NCBI GenBank assembly: GCA_963796685.1
Contig: CAWCMR010000005.1
Location: 128,001 to 192,000 of the forward strand
Direction of reading: 5' to 3'
DNA: 64,000 bases
DNA from: an uncultured delta proteobacterium
GTDB lineage: Bacteria; Myxococcota_A; Polyangia; Fen-1088
Positions 20,322 to 33,856 of the stretch are shown here, in pieces (the stretch's first letter is position 1; each line of letters starts with the position of its first letter). Under the pieces are notes generated by a model. It had not been told where the DNA came from, did not search any database, and worked only from the letters and a program-made list of their open reading frames with translations. The position numbers and the translations under genes are program-made.

Positions 20322-21989
20322 ATGACGAACGCCATGAAACGAAGGACGAGTTGGGTGAGATCATGGAGTTTCGCGATGGTCGTGGCGGGCGTGCTCGGGG
20401 CGGGACAGGAAGCCTGGTCGCAGTCGTCCGCGGGCGCCCCGGGCGCGGACGCGGGCGCGGTTGTCTCCGAAGACCAACCTGTGAAGGACTCGCCACGGAC
20501 TGCGCTCTCTCGATTTCTCGATCTATGCCGGGCCGGGGACTACTCCGGGGCCGCACGCTACCTCGACTTGCCCCCGACGGAAGCGGATCGGGGCGCGGAG
20601 CTGGCCCGTAAGTTGAAGAGCGTGCTCGACCACTACGCGTGGTTCGAGCTGGATGCCATTTCGCCCTTGCCGGGTGGCAACGTCGAGGACGGGCTGCCCG
20701 CCGCGGTCGAGGAGATTGCCAAGATTCCCGGACCTGGGACGCAGCAGGTTCCGGTTCGGCTCGTTCGTCATGAGGATGGCAGATGGGAGTTCTCCCGCGA
20801 GACGGTGAAGAGAATCGACGGCTGGTACGCGCGCCTCGACGGAGTGTGGCTGGAGGAATACCTACCCGCACGGTTGCTCCAGCCCGGACCACGCAATTTG
20901 CTCTATTGGCAGTGGCTTGCGTTACCGCTCCTGCTCTTTTGTGCCTGGCTGCTGGGAATCCTTCTCAGCCGGGTGACCCGGCGAGTGCTGGAAAGGATGG
21001 CCGCGCGCACGTCCGCGCGCTGGGACGACGAGCTGCTGGCCCGCATCGGGGGACCGCTGACTCTTGCTTGGACCCTGGCCCTGACCTACCTCTTCCTGCC
21101 TTGGCTGGGGCTTTTCAAGACGGCCGAAGACTTCGTGCACAAGAGCCTGCGCGGCGCCGGCCTCGTGATCTTCTTCTGGGCTCTGGCGCGTTCGGTGGAT
21201 GTCGCCAAGCAAGTCCTCCTCGAGGCATCCTGGACCAAGGACCATCCCTCCGCTCGCTCCTTGCTGCCTTTGGGCACCCGCGTGGGCAAGGTGATCGTCT
21301 TCGTGCTTGCCCTGGTGATGCTGCTGTCCGAGCTCGGCTATTCCGTCACCAGCCTGGTCGCCGGTCTGGGCATCGGCGGACTGGCGCTCGCTCTGGCGGC
21401 GCAAAAGACGGTGGAGAATCTATTCGGCGCGTTTTCCCTCGGCGCGGACCAGCCCTTTCGTGAAGGCGACTTCGTTCACATCGAAGACTTCGTGGGCACG
21501 GTCGAATCGATTGGTCTGCGTTCGACTCGCATCCGCACACTCGACCGCACGATCATCAGCGTTCCCAACGGCAAGCTCGCCGACATGCGCGTCGAATCCT
21601 TCACTGCGCGGGATCGGCTGCGCCTCGCCTGCACCGTCGGCCTGGTGTACGAGACCACCGTCGCCCAGATGCGAGAGGTCCTGGCTGGCCTCGAACGCGT
21701 GCTGCGCGCGCAGCCCAAGCTCTGGCCGGACGCGGTGGTCGTGCGGTTCGCGTCCTTCGGCGATTCCTCGCTCAACGTCGACATCATGGCCTGGTTCCAG
21801 ACCGCGGACTGGAACGAATTCCAAGGTATCCGCCAGGAGGTGCTCTTGCAATTCATGGAGGTGGTGGAGAAGGCAGGCAGCTCGTTCGCCTTCCCCACGC
21901 GTACGCTTCATGTCGTGGACGAAGGTCGGCCCGCGAAAGCCGCTGGCGCCCAGGCCAACTCCGTACAAGACTCTAGTCATGGCCGGTGA
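20322..21989 (+). CDS. mscS: MscS-family mechanosensitive channel with exported N-terminal domain
   Basis: Signal peptide; LGIGGLALALAAQKTVENLFG, PFREGDFV, GTVESIGLRSTRIRTLDRTIISVPN. Confidence 0.92.
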   Translation: MTNAMKRRTSWVRSWSFAMVVAGVLGAGQEAWSQSSAGAPGADAGAVVSEDQPVKDSPRTALSRFLDLCRAGDYSGAARYLDLPPTEADRGAELARKLKSVLDHYAWFELDAISPLPGGNVEDGLPAAVEEIAKIPGPGTQQVPVRLVRHEDGRWEFSRETVKRIDGWYARLDGVWLEEYLPARLLQPGPRNLLYWQWLALPLLLFCAWLLGILLSRVTRRVLERMAARTSARWDDELLARIGGPLTLAWTLALTYLFLPWLGLFKTAEDFVHKSLRGAGLVIFFWALARSVDVAKQVLLEASWTKDHPSARSLLPLGTRVGKVIVFVLALVMLLSELGYSVTSLVAGLGIGGLALALAAQKTVENLFGAFSLGADQPFREGDFVHIEDFVGTVESIGLRSTRIRTLDRTIISVPNGKLADMRVESFTARDRLRLACTVGLVYETTVAQMREVLAGLERVLRAQPKLWPDAVVVRFASFGDSSLNVDIMAWFQTADWNEFQGIRQEVLLQFMEVVEKAGSSFAFPTRTLHVVDEGRPAKAAGAQANSVQDSSHGR

Positions 21990-23334
21990 GCCCACCATCG
22001 AGAAGAAGACGTACACCGCGGAGCAGGCCAAACGCGTGCTGCTGGACGCCCTGCGCGGAAAGGGCGGCCAGCTCACCAAGGCGGACGCGGTCGCGTTGTC
22101 GGGCCTGCCGGTGCCCGATGCCGAGCAGGCGCTGACCAACCTGCTCAAGGAATACCGCAGCCACCTGGCAGCGACCGAGAGCGGCGAGCTGGTGTACGAA
22201 TTCGATCCGGCCTTCGAACGTCGCGACGCGGTTCCTCTTTCGGAAAAACTGGCCAAGGTGGGCCAGGCCCTGTGGAAGGGCTTCACCTTCTTGTTCAAGA
22301 TTTCGATCGTGGTCACGCTGGTGGCCTATTTCCTCCTGTTCCTGGCCATGATGCTGGCCCTGGTGTTCGCCCGGCGTTCGGACGATCGCGACGACGACGG
22401 CGGCTTCGACCTCGGCTGGCCGCTGTTCTGGATGTGGGGGTGGGGGCCGACGAGCCCGGGCGGGTATGGCCGCCGGTCGCGGCCAGCGCGCAAGGGCAAG
22501 CCACTTTACAAGAAGGTGTTCGAGTTCGTCTTCGGGCCGCCGCGCCCAAGTGAGGATCCGCTCGGCGACGAAAAGGAGATCCTGGCGCATGTTCGCAAGA
22601 ACAACGGCCGCATCGCGGCCGTGGACCTGGTCGCCCTGATGGGCTGGGATTTCCCGCGTGCTGAGGAGGAAGCAACCCGACTGCTCATCGACTACGGGGG
22701 CGAGCCCGAGGTCACCGACGACGGCGTGGTGCTGTACGTATTCAAGGACATCCGAAAGACCGCGCATGAGCTCGGGGCCTCCACGGTCGAGCCGCGCCGG
22801 GCCTGGGAGCGGATGGAAGAGCGGCCACCCCTGTCAGGCAACAGCAGCGGGACCAACCTCGTCATTGGGTTCCTCAACGGCTTCAACCTGCTTGCGCCGT
22901 TCTGGATCGTGCCCGCCTTCGAGGAGCGCCTGGGCAGACCGCTCGGTCACGCCTTCCTGCTCTACACCTACCCGGTGATTTTCTCGGGCATGGTCTTCGC
23001 CGTGCCGCTCGGCCGCTGGCTGGTGGAGAAGGCGCGCGACCGCGGTCGGCGCCAACGCAACGCCCGACGCGCGCTCTTGCGCATCGCCATCGAGCACCGA
23101 GGCGCGCCTTTGCCGCCTGCTCAGCTCGCCCCCGATCCGGTCTCCACCAAGGTGCTGGACCGCTCGCTGGTCGCCCTGGGGGGCGATGTGGTGACCGACG
23201 AAAGCGGCCAGATGCGCTACAGCTTTCCAAGAATCAAAGAAGAGCTGGACGCCGTGGCGTACGCGCGCTCTCATGCTTCCGCCGCCGAGAAGGAAGCGGG
23301 CGCAATCGTGTTTTCTTCCAAGGATCCACTCTGA
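21979..23334 (+). CDS. Conserved hypothetical membrane protein with three internal helical repeats
   Basis: ATG at 21979 overlaps the mscS end. Several TM segments and a repeated ESGELVYEF / DDGVVLYVF / ESGQMRYSF motif. Confidence 0.75.
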   Translation: MAGEPTIEKKTYTAEQAKRVLLDALRGKGGQLTKADAVALSGLPVPDAEQALTNLLKEYRSHLAATESGELVYEFDPAFERRDAVPLSEKLAKVGQALWKGFTFLFKISIVVTLVAYFLLFLAMMLALVFARRSDDRDDDGGFDLGWPLFWMWGWGPTSPGGYGRRSRPARKGKPLYKKVFEFVFGPPRPSEDPLGDEKEILAHVRKNNGRIAAVDLVALMGWDFPRAEEEATRLLIDYGGEPEVTDDGVVLYVFKDIRKTAHELGASTVEPRRAWERMEERPPLSGNSSGTNLVIGFLNGFNLLAPFWIVPAFEERLGRPLGHAFLLYTYPVIFSGMVFAVPLGRWLVEKARDRGRRQRNARRALLRIAIEHRGAPLPPAQLAPDPVSTKVLDRSLVALGGDVVTDESGQMRYSFPRIKEELDAVAYARSHASAAEKEAGAIVFSSKDPL

Positions 23335-23447
23335 CCGCACCCTTTCCCATGAGGACGCGCACGAACCTGCAGAATCGGCAGCTTGCGTCCGGTCGACCGG
23401 GGTGCTCGACTCTTGCGCGATTTGGCCAGGAACAGGAGAACTTCATC

Positions 23448-24459
23448 ATGTCCTTCATCGACTCTTCCTTTCACTCTTCCTTCCAATCTTCCTTCCAATC
23501 TTCCTTCCACTCTTCCTTCCACTCTTGCCTCCCATCTTCCTTGCGAGCTCTCTTCCGCCGCGCCGGTCGCGCCTGCCTTCCGCTCCTGCTTTTGGCCGGA
23601 GCCGCCACCACGAGCGCTTGCGTGACCACCGGGACCTTCGACAAGAAGGTGGCCGAGCTGGACAAGTTGCGCACTGACCACGACCGCGCGGCGGCCGAGC
23701 GAGAGAAGGCTCTGCAGGCCCAGATCGACCACCTGCAGACCCAGGTCGGCGATGCGGACAAGCGCATCGCCGCGCTCACGGCCGAGCGGGACGATCTGCG
23801 CAAGAAGCTCGACGACACCACCGCGCTGGCGGGCGAGCTGCGCGCGCGCCTGGAAAAGCTGGGACAGAACGTCGACAAGCTGACCAGCGAGAAGGGGCAA
23901 TTGGCGCAAGTCTTGGCGGACGCCAAGGCGCGCCTGGAGGAGCTACGCAAGCAGAAAGCCGCCGCGGAGGCGCGTGCCGCCACCTTCCGCAACCTGGTCG
24001 CCAAGCTGAAATCCATGATCGACGCCGGCAAGCTCAAGGTCGTGATTCGCGACGGCCGGATGCTCATCGCCCTGCCCAACGACGTTCTCTTCGATTCGGG
24101 CAAGACCAACATCAAGCCCGACGGCCAGGCCGCGCTCGCGCAGGTGGCCAAGGTTCTCGCATCGATCCCGGATCGCAAGTACATCGTCGCGGGCGACACG
24201 GACGACGTGCCCATCCACACCGCGCGCTTTCCTTCGAACTGGGAGCTTCTCCACGGCGCGTGCGGTGGAGGTCACGAAGTTCCTGATTGCCAATGGCATG
24301 CAGCCCCAGGTGCTCGCGGCCGCGGGCTACGGCGAGTTCGATCCCGTGGTGCCCAACGACACGCCGGAGCACCGGGCGCAAAATCGGCGCATCGAGATCG
24401 TGCTGCAGCCCAATCTCGCCGATCTGCCTTCCCTCGACGGGATTCAGTCGAGCCCCTGA
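23448..24459 (+). CDS. OmpA/MotB-family coiled-coil lipoprotein (+1 frameshift near 24248)
   Basis: AGGAG RBS, lipobox TTSA-C, coiled coil, VLFDSG, GDTDDVPI, SNWEL/STARAVEV, GYGEFDP, NRRIEI. Confidence 0.88.
23463..23543 (+). repeat. 12-bp pyrimidine-rich tandem repeat (TCTTCCTTCCAM), 6-7 copies
   Basis: Units at 23463, 23475, 23487, 23499 and 23511, with degenerate units at 23523 and 23535; encodes SSFH/SSFQ. Confidence 0.92.
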
Positions 24460-24497
24460 GACCGAGGCTTGGACGGCACCGCGTTGCTCTCGGTCGC

Positions 24498-26426
24498 CTA
24501 CGGTTGGCCTCCACTCTGCCGCTCCAGCGCCGCAACCAGGGCGGCGTGGGGCTCTGGCAGAGGCGAAAAGCGCGCGCGCATGGCCAGGGCCAGCGCGCCG
24601 GGCAGGTCGATGGCTTCACCGGCCGCGCATCGCATGCGGTAGAGCTGGGCGTAGTCGGGCGGAACACGCAGGGTCCAGTTCTCGGGATGAACCTCACCAG
24701 GCCGGTTGTAGATCTCCTTGCCGCCCAGCAGGTCGGAGAAGAAGATCGCGACGTTCCGGGCAGGCCCGATGAAGAGATCGGCGCACAAGGCGCGCTTGAA
24801 CCGGACCGGATCCAGGGCCAGTCGTTCGGCGAGCGCAGGTCGCTTCTCCGGAATCGGCTGTAGCCGCTCGGCGAGGTAGCGGGCCCACGCGGATCGGCGT
24901 TCGGAGCTTCGCCACTGCTCGAACACTCGCCAGATCGGGGGCGTGTCGTGGGTGCCGAGCATGACCCAGTCGGCGGGAGCTGAGCTTGCCGTTCGGTAGG
25001 GATCGCGGACATTCTCGGGATCGGCTTTCTGGACCACGCGAAAACGGCCGAGGCCGTGGCGGGCCAGCACCGCCGCCAACGGCGACGGGCAGGTGCTGAG
25101 CACCTCGCACGCGAGGTCGCCGACCTGGCCGCCACGGGCGCGTGCGGTCTCCACGATCAGGTCGAAGATCGTACCGTGCCGTTCGACTTGCAGGTCGCTC
25201 AGCCGCCGAACCCAATCGTCCTCGTAGCGCGGGTGCCGTGGATCGGGCGCGAGATCGGCGCGCCCGACCAGGGAAAATCGCGCCAGCGCGGGATGGTCGG
25301 GCAGATCGGGCGAGGCGAACAGCCGTGCCCCGTTCTGCACGGCGTGCAAGGGAGAGGGATCGTCCGAGCGATAGACCCAGGGACAGACCAGGCCGTGGGG
25401 ATGATCGATGCGCAGGCCATCGAACTCGCCGAGCATCTTGCCCAGCCGCGCGCGCACGAAACGCGAACCCGGCCCCTCGCCCGCTTCTTTCGAACCGTAG
25501 CTGTCCGGATCGAGCACCGGATAGCCCCAGGGCTGCCCGGCGGGGTTGGTACGACTGGGTGGTGCGCCCATCCGATAGTCGGTGAGGAAGAGAGTCTGGT
25601 ATCGCCACCGATCGCGATGCGAGACCCCGGTCTGCAGATCCCCGTAGAGCTTGAGTCCGAGACCGGCGAGCTCTTCGCGCAAAGCCGCGTGCTGGACGTA
25701 CACCAGGAATTGGCAGAAGCGCGCGAAGTCCACCTCCTTGGCGTGGACACGCGCGATCTCGGCCCGACGTCGCGCACAGGCGGCCTCTTCTCCCGCCCGT
25801 GGTGCCCACAGACGCGCGTCCGGTACCTCCCCGGTTTCGCCCGGCCACTGCTGCCAGTCGAGCGTGCGGTGGTGCGTGGCCAGGGCTTCGAAAAGCCCGT
25901 CGCTTTCCAGCCATTCATCCTGCTCGCGTGCGAACGTCGCGAAGGCTTGCGCCAGGGTAGTCCAACGCCCGCCTCCGCCCGTGTACGCGGTATGAACAGC
26001 GCGCAGGATCTCGAATTGAGCTCGGCGCACATGGGCATAGTCGACGCGGCGGTCGGCGTTGGCGGGCCGACAGCGCACGGCAGCCGAAAGCGATTCCTTG
26101 GACAGGAGTCCTTGCCACCGATCCTCCTCGACAAGGGGACCGAGAGCGATGGACAGCGGCGATTTCGCGAACAGGGTGCCGTCGTAGGGCGAGACATTGA
26201 CCGGCGACGTGCGCCCCTGGGGACCGAGCTGCACGCCGGTGAACCCGAGGTCGGCGGCGAAGCGCAGGAAGGCTCGTCCACCAAAGGAATACGGCGAGCC
26301 GCGACCGATGTCCTCGCCGACGAGGCCGGGAAAGCTCGCATCGTGCACGCCGAGCACCAGGCGCTCGATGTGAAGGAGGTGCAAGGCTTCCGCGATCCTG
26401 GCCCGCTTTTCTTGGGTGGTGGTCAC
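24498..26426 (-). CDS. malQ: 4-alpha-glucanotransferase (GH77)
   Basis: VSPY, LKLYGDLQ, GAPPS...QPWGYP, GLRIDHPHG, GTHDT, NRPG...NW; overlaps the glgB stop. Confidence 0.88.
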   Translation of the reverse strand: MTTTQEKRARIAEALHLLHIERLVLGVHDASFPGLVGEDIGRGSPYSFGGRAFLRFAADLGFTGVQLGPQGRTSPVNVSPYDGTLFAKSPLSIALGPLVEEDRWQGLLSKESLSAAVRCRPANADRRVDYAHVRRAQFEILRAVHTAYTGGGGRWTTLAQAFATFAREQDEWLESDGLFEALATHHRTLDWQQWPGETGEVPDARLWAPRAGEEAACARRRAEIARVHAKEVDFARFCQFLVYVQHAALREELAGLGLKLYGDLQTGVSHRDRWRYQTLFLTDYRMGAPPSRTNPAGQPWGYPVLDPDSYGSKEAGEGPGSRFVRARLGKMLGEFDGLRIDHPHGLVCPWVYRSDDPSPLHAVQNGARLFASPDLPDHPALARFSLVGRADLAPDPRHPRYEDDWVRRLSDLQVERHGTIFDLIVETARARGGQVGDLACEVLSTCPSPLAAVLARHGLGRFRVVQKADPENVRDPYRTASSAPADWVMLGTHDTPPIWRVFEQWRSSERRSAWARYLAERLQPIPEKRPALAERLALDPVRFKRALCADLFIGPARNVAIFFSDLLGGKEIYNRPGEVHPENWTLRVPPDYAQLYRMRCAAGEAIDLPGALALAMRARFSPLPEPHAALVAALERQSGGQP

Positions 26427-28381
26427 TTGGGTTTGGCTACCCGACTGGATTCCGACACCGACGTCTCGACCGACTGACCTTTGAGGAACAGGGCTCCAAG
26501 CGGAGGCAAGGTCAGGTTGATGGAGAACGGTCGTCCGTGGGCCGGGATGGGCATGGCGACCACGCCTCCCAGGTTGCCGTGGTCACTGCCGCCGAAGCTG
26601 GCCGCGTCGGTGTTGAGGACTTCGTCGTAGCGCACTTCCTGGTCCACCCCGATCCGGTAGTTGAAGCGCGGAACGGGCGTGAAGTTCAGCACCACCACGA
26701 CTTCCTGGTGTCGGGACCGGCCGCGACGGACGAAGGAGAATACCGACTTGTCGGCATCGTCGGCATCGATCCACTGGAACCCCGCGGGATCGGCGTCGAG
26801 CTCGTGCAGGCAGGGCTCGGCGCGATAGAGCCGGTTCAGCTCGCCGACCAAGAGCTGGAGCTGGCCGTGCAGGGGCGATTCCCGAAAGAGGTGCCAGTCG
26901 AGGCTCTGCTCATGGTTCCACTCGCGGAACTGACCGAATTCGCCCCCCATGAACAGCAGTTTCTTGCCCGGTTGGGACCACATGGAGGCGAAGAGCAGAC
27001 GCAGATTGGCAAAGCGCTGCCACAGATCACCCGGCATCTTGCCGATGAGCGATCCTTTGCCATGAACCACCTCGTCGTGGGAGAGCGGCAGCACGAAGTT
27101 TTCGCTGAAGGCGTAGATGCCCCGGAAGGTGATGCGCGTGTGGTAATGGCGACGGTAAAGCGGGTCCATCGCGACATAGGCCAGGGTGTCGTGCATCCAG
27201 CCCATGTCCCACTTGTAGCCGAAACCCAGCCCTCCGACGGAGGTCGGACGCGACACCAAGGGCCACGCGGTGGACTCCTCGGCGATGGTCTGCGCGTCGG
27301 GGAACTCACGGTAGACGGCCTCGTTGAAGGCGTGCAGAAAGTGGACCGCCTCCAGATTCTCGCGACCGCCGTACTTGTTGGCGACCCATTCGCCTGGCCG
27401 ACGGGCGTAGTCGCGATAGAGCATGGACGCGACGGCATCCACGCGTAGGCCATCGGCATGGTACACATCCAGCCAGAAGCGCGCGTTCGAAATGAGAAAG
27501 CTGCGGACTTCGTTGCGGCCGTAGTTGAAGACCGAGCTGCCCCACTCGGGGTGTTGTCCCTGACGGGGATCGGCGTGCTCGAAGAGGTGGGTGCCGTCGA
27601 AGAAGACCAGTCCATGCTCGTCGCTGGGGAAGTGCGCGGGGGTCCAGTCGAGCAAGACGCCGATACCCGCCTGGTGAAGGGTGTCCACGAGAAACATGAA
27701 GTCCTGCGGCGTTCCGTACCGACGGGTGGGAGCGAAGTACCCCGTGGTCTGATAGCCCCAGGATCCATAGAAGGGGTGCTCCATCACGGGCAGGATTTCC
27801 ACATGCGTAAAGCCGGTGCGCTGGAGATGGTCCACCAGCCGGGACGCCAGCTCGCGGTAGGTGAGTATGCGGTTGCCTTGCTCGGGTACGCGCATCCACG
27901 AACCCAGGTGCACTTCGTAGATCGAGATCGGCGCGCCGAGTCCCGAACGTTCGGCGCGCCCCTCCATCCACGCCCGATCGCCCCACTCGTAATCGAGCTG
28001 GCACACCACCGAGGCCGTCGCGGGAGGCACCTCGCTGGAAAAGGCGAACGGATCGGCCTTGTCGACGCGGTAGTTATCGTACCGGGAATGCACCCGGTAC
28101 TTGTAGCGATCGCCCGGCTTCACGCCCGCGGCGAAGCCGGTCCAGATGCCGGAGGCTTTGTGCTTCTCCAGCCAATGCGCGGGCTCGCCCCAGCCGTTCC
28201 AGTCCCCCAGGACGCCGATCTTCTCCGCGTTGGGCGCCCACACGGCAAAGTGCGTTCCCGCGCTGCCACCCACTTGCCCCGGATGCGCCCCCATCTTGTC
28301 GTCGAGGCGCGCATGCTGCCCCTCGCAGAACAAGTGAAAGTCGATATCGCCGAATCGTTGGTCGGTCACGTGGCCTTTCAC
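26423..28381 (-). CDS. glgB: 1,4-alpha-glucan branching enzyme
   Basis: FAVWAPNA, YEVHLGSW, SWGYQ, DGLRVDAVASM, AEEST, LSHDEVVHGK. Confidence 0.97.
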   Translation of the reverse strand: MKGHVTDQRFGDIDFHLFCEGQHARLDDKMGAHPGQVGGSAGTHFAVWAPNAEKIGVLGDWNGWGEPAHWLEKHKASGIWTGFAAGVKPGDRYKYRVHSRYDNYRVDKADPFAFSSEVPPATASVVCQLDYEWGDRAWMEGRAERSGLGAPISIYEVHLGSWMRVPEQGNRILTYRELASRLVDHLQRTGFTHVEILPVMEHPFYGSWGYQTTGYFAPTRRYGTPQDFMFLVDTLHQAGIGVLLDWTPAHFPSDEHGLVFFDGTHLFEHADPRQGQHPEWGSSVFNYGRNEVRSFLISNARFWLDVYHADGLRVDAVASMLYRDYARRPGEWVANKYGGRENLEAVHFLHAFNEAVYREFPDAQTIAEESTAWPLVSRPTSVGGLGFGYKWDMGWMHDTLAYVAMDPLYRRHYHTRITFRGIYAFSENFVLPLSHDEVVHGKGSLIGKMPGDLWQRFANLRLLFASMWSQPGKKLLFMGGEFGQFREWNHEQSLDWHLFRESPLHGQLQLLVGELNRLYRAEPCLHELDADPAGFQWIDADDADKSVFSFVRRGRSRHQEVVVVLNFTPVPRFNYRIGVDQEVRYDEVLNTDAASFGGSDHGNLGGVVAMPIPAHGRPFSINLTLPPLGALFLKGQSVETSVSESSRVAKPK

Positions 28382-30393
28382 AGATAGTATTCGAAAGATC
28401 GCTCCGAGCGCACGTGGCGTCTGATGGCGAAGATGTGGGCGGGCATCACGTTCGGATCGATCGAGACGAAATTGCGTGTCCCGTGCCAGACGTAGCGTGC
28501 ATCGCTCAGCAGATCATGGGCCTGAAAGGGCTCGTTCTGACCCAGACCCAGCACGGCAAGGTCGAGGTCGAGCCAGGCGGTGTGGAGGTGGTGGGGATCC
28601 AGGTTGACCACCACCAGCACCACGCTCGCCCCGTCCCGGCTCTGTTTGCTGTAGCAAAGGATGGACTCGTTGTCGGCGGCGTGAAAATGCAGTGCTTCGT
28701 TCCCCTGCAAAGCGGGAACCTCGCGGCGAATCTGATTGAGCCGCCGGATCACGGGCCGCAGACTGTCTTTTCGATCCCGATCCCACTTGCGAATCTGGTA
28801 CTTCTCGCTGTCGAGGTATTCCTCGGCGTCGGGGCGGGCCGTCCGTTCCATCAGCTCGAAGGGCGGCCCATAGATGCCGTAGCTGGACGAGAGCGTACCT
28901 GCCAGCACCAGCCGCGCGATGAAGGTCGCGCGCGTGCCGAACTGAAGGTGCTCGGGAAGGATGTCGGGGGTGCTTGGCCAAAGATTGGGACGGAAATACT
29001 CGACCTCCTCACCCACGGCCCCGGAGACCAACGACTGGAAGTATTGGGCGATTTCACCCTTGGTCGTACGCCACGTGAAATAGGTATACGACTGCGAGAA
29101 GCCCACCTTGGCCAGGGCGTTCATGACCGTGGGACGGGTGAAAGCCTCGGCCAAGAAGATCAGCTCCGGATACTCGCGCTTGAGGGCATCGAGACACCAC
29201 CGCCAGAAGGGAAGGGGCTTGGTGTGCGGATTGTCGACGCGAAAGACGCGGACCCCTTGCTCGACCCAGAAGACGAAGATACTGCGCAGCTCCTCCCACA
29301 ACGCGCGCCAGTCGGCACAGGTGAAATCGAAGGGATAGATGTCCTGGTACTTCTTGGGCGGATTCTCGGCGTATTGCATGGAGCCGTCGGCGCGGGCCGC
29401 GAACCACTCGGGGTGCTCGCGCAGATAGGGATGGTCGGGCGACACCTGCAAAGCGATGTCGAGCGCCACCTCGATGTTCGACTTCCGAGCTTGCGCCACC
29501 AGGCTGCGGAAATCCGCGAGCGTGCCCAGCTCGGGATGGATCGCCTTGTGACCACCGGCAGGGCCCCCGATGGCCCAAGGGCTGCCCGGATCGTTCGGCC
29601 CGGCGACCTCGGCGTTGTTGGGTCCTTTGCGAAACGACGCGCCGATGGGATGGATGGGCGGCAAATAGAGGACATCGAACCCCATCGCGGCCACATCGGG
29701 CAACAGCGCTTCGACGTCGCGCAGAGTTCCGTGGCGTCCTTCGGCTCCACACGAGCGCGGAAAGAGCTCGTACCAAGTCGAAAATCTGGCACGGGGCGGA
29801 TCGACGATGACCTCCAGCACTTGCGGGTAACGTGCTCCCGCCGAGCGGTCCGGATAGCGCCGCATGAGCGTGGCCAAGGTCGGGTCGAGGCCAATCGCGA
29901 TCCGCTCGTCGGCAGGTCGATCCCCGGCCAAGGCGAGTGCGACCTTGGCGAGAGCCTTGGCGTCGTCGCCCGTCGCGCGAGTCGCGGCTGCGGATACCAG
30001 GCGTGCGCCATCGAGGAGCTCGATCGAGACATCCTGAGCGGCTTCTTGTTTGCGCCGCAGACTCCAGAGCCAACTGGCAAAGGCGTCGACCCAACCTTCG
30101 ACGGTGTATTGCCATCGTCCCACGTTGTCGAGCAAGCATTCGCCGCGCCAGCGGTCGCCCTCCATGGAAACCAGCGGTGTCTCGCGCCATGTCGACTCGC
30201 CGGCCCGATGGAATAGCAACATTCCGTCGACGCGATCGTGCCCGTCCGCCAGCAGATTCACCGTCACTGTCAGCCGATCGCCGACGATCCGCTTGATGGG
30301 ACAGCGTCCCCCATCGATTTCCGGCCGCAGCTTGTCCACCACCGTGCGGTAAGGACGATCAGGCGCCTGCGACGGGTCGGCTGCCACGGTCAT
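28378..30393 (-). CDS. glgE: Alpha-1,4-glucan:maltose-1-phosphate maltosyltransferase
   Basis: WYELFPRS, YLPPIHPIG, YAENPPKKYQDIYP, FRVDNPHTKP, FLAEAFT, SYTYFTWR. Confidence 0.96.
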   Translation of the reverse strand: MTVAADPSQAPDRPYRTVVDKLRPEIDGGRCPIKRIVGDRLTVTVNLLADGHDRVDGMLLFHRAGESTWRETPLVSMEGDRWRGECLLDNVGRWQYTVEGWVDAFASWLWSLRRKQEAAQDVSIELLDGARLVSAAATRATGDDAKALAKVALALAGDRPADERIAIGLDPTLATLMRRYPDRSAGARYPQVLEVIVDPPRARFSTWYELFPRSCGAEGRHGTLRDVEALLPDVAAMGFDVLYLPPIHPIGASFRKGPNNAEVAGPNDPGSPWAIGGPAGGHKAIHPELGTLADFRSLVAQARKSNIEVALDIALQVSPDHPYLREHPEWFAARADGSMQYAENPPKKYQDIYPFDFTCADWRALWEELRSIFVFWVEQGVRVFRVDNPHTKPLPFWRWCLDALKREYPELIFLAEAFTRPTVMNALAKVGFSQSYTYFTWRTTKGEIAQYFQSLVSGAVGEEVEYFRPNLWPSTPDILPEHLQFGTRATFIARLVLAGTLSSSYGIYGPPFELMERTARPDAEEYLDSEKYQIRKWDRDRKDSLRPVIRRLNQIRREVPALQGNEALHFHAADNESILCYSKQSRDGASVVLVVVNLDPHHLHTAWLDLDLAVLGLGQNEPFQAHDLLSDARYVWHGTRNFVSIDPNVMPAHIFAIRRHVRSERSFEYYL

Positions 30394-30508
30394 GCGCCAA
30401 ACCTAGCCCCGCCTGCCCGTGTTTTCAACCCGATGTCCGGCAAAATCCCCGGCACGCCCGGGCGTCTTGCTGGTCTTCGTCGGAAGAAGGGCTATCATTC
30501 CGTCATCC

Positions 30509-33849
<3,341 letters not shown>

Positions 33850-33856
33850 AGAAACG

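Noticed and set aside
18062-23543. Tandem repeats at 18062 and 23463 as CRISPR arrays
   Set aside because: The units are contiguous, have no unique spacers and are in frame within genes; there are no cas genes.
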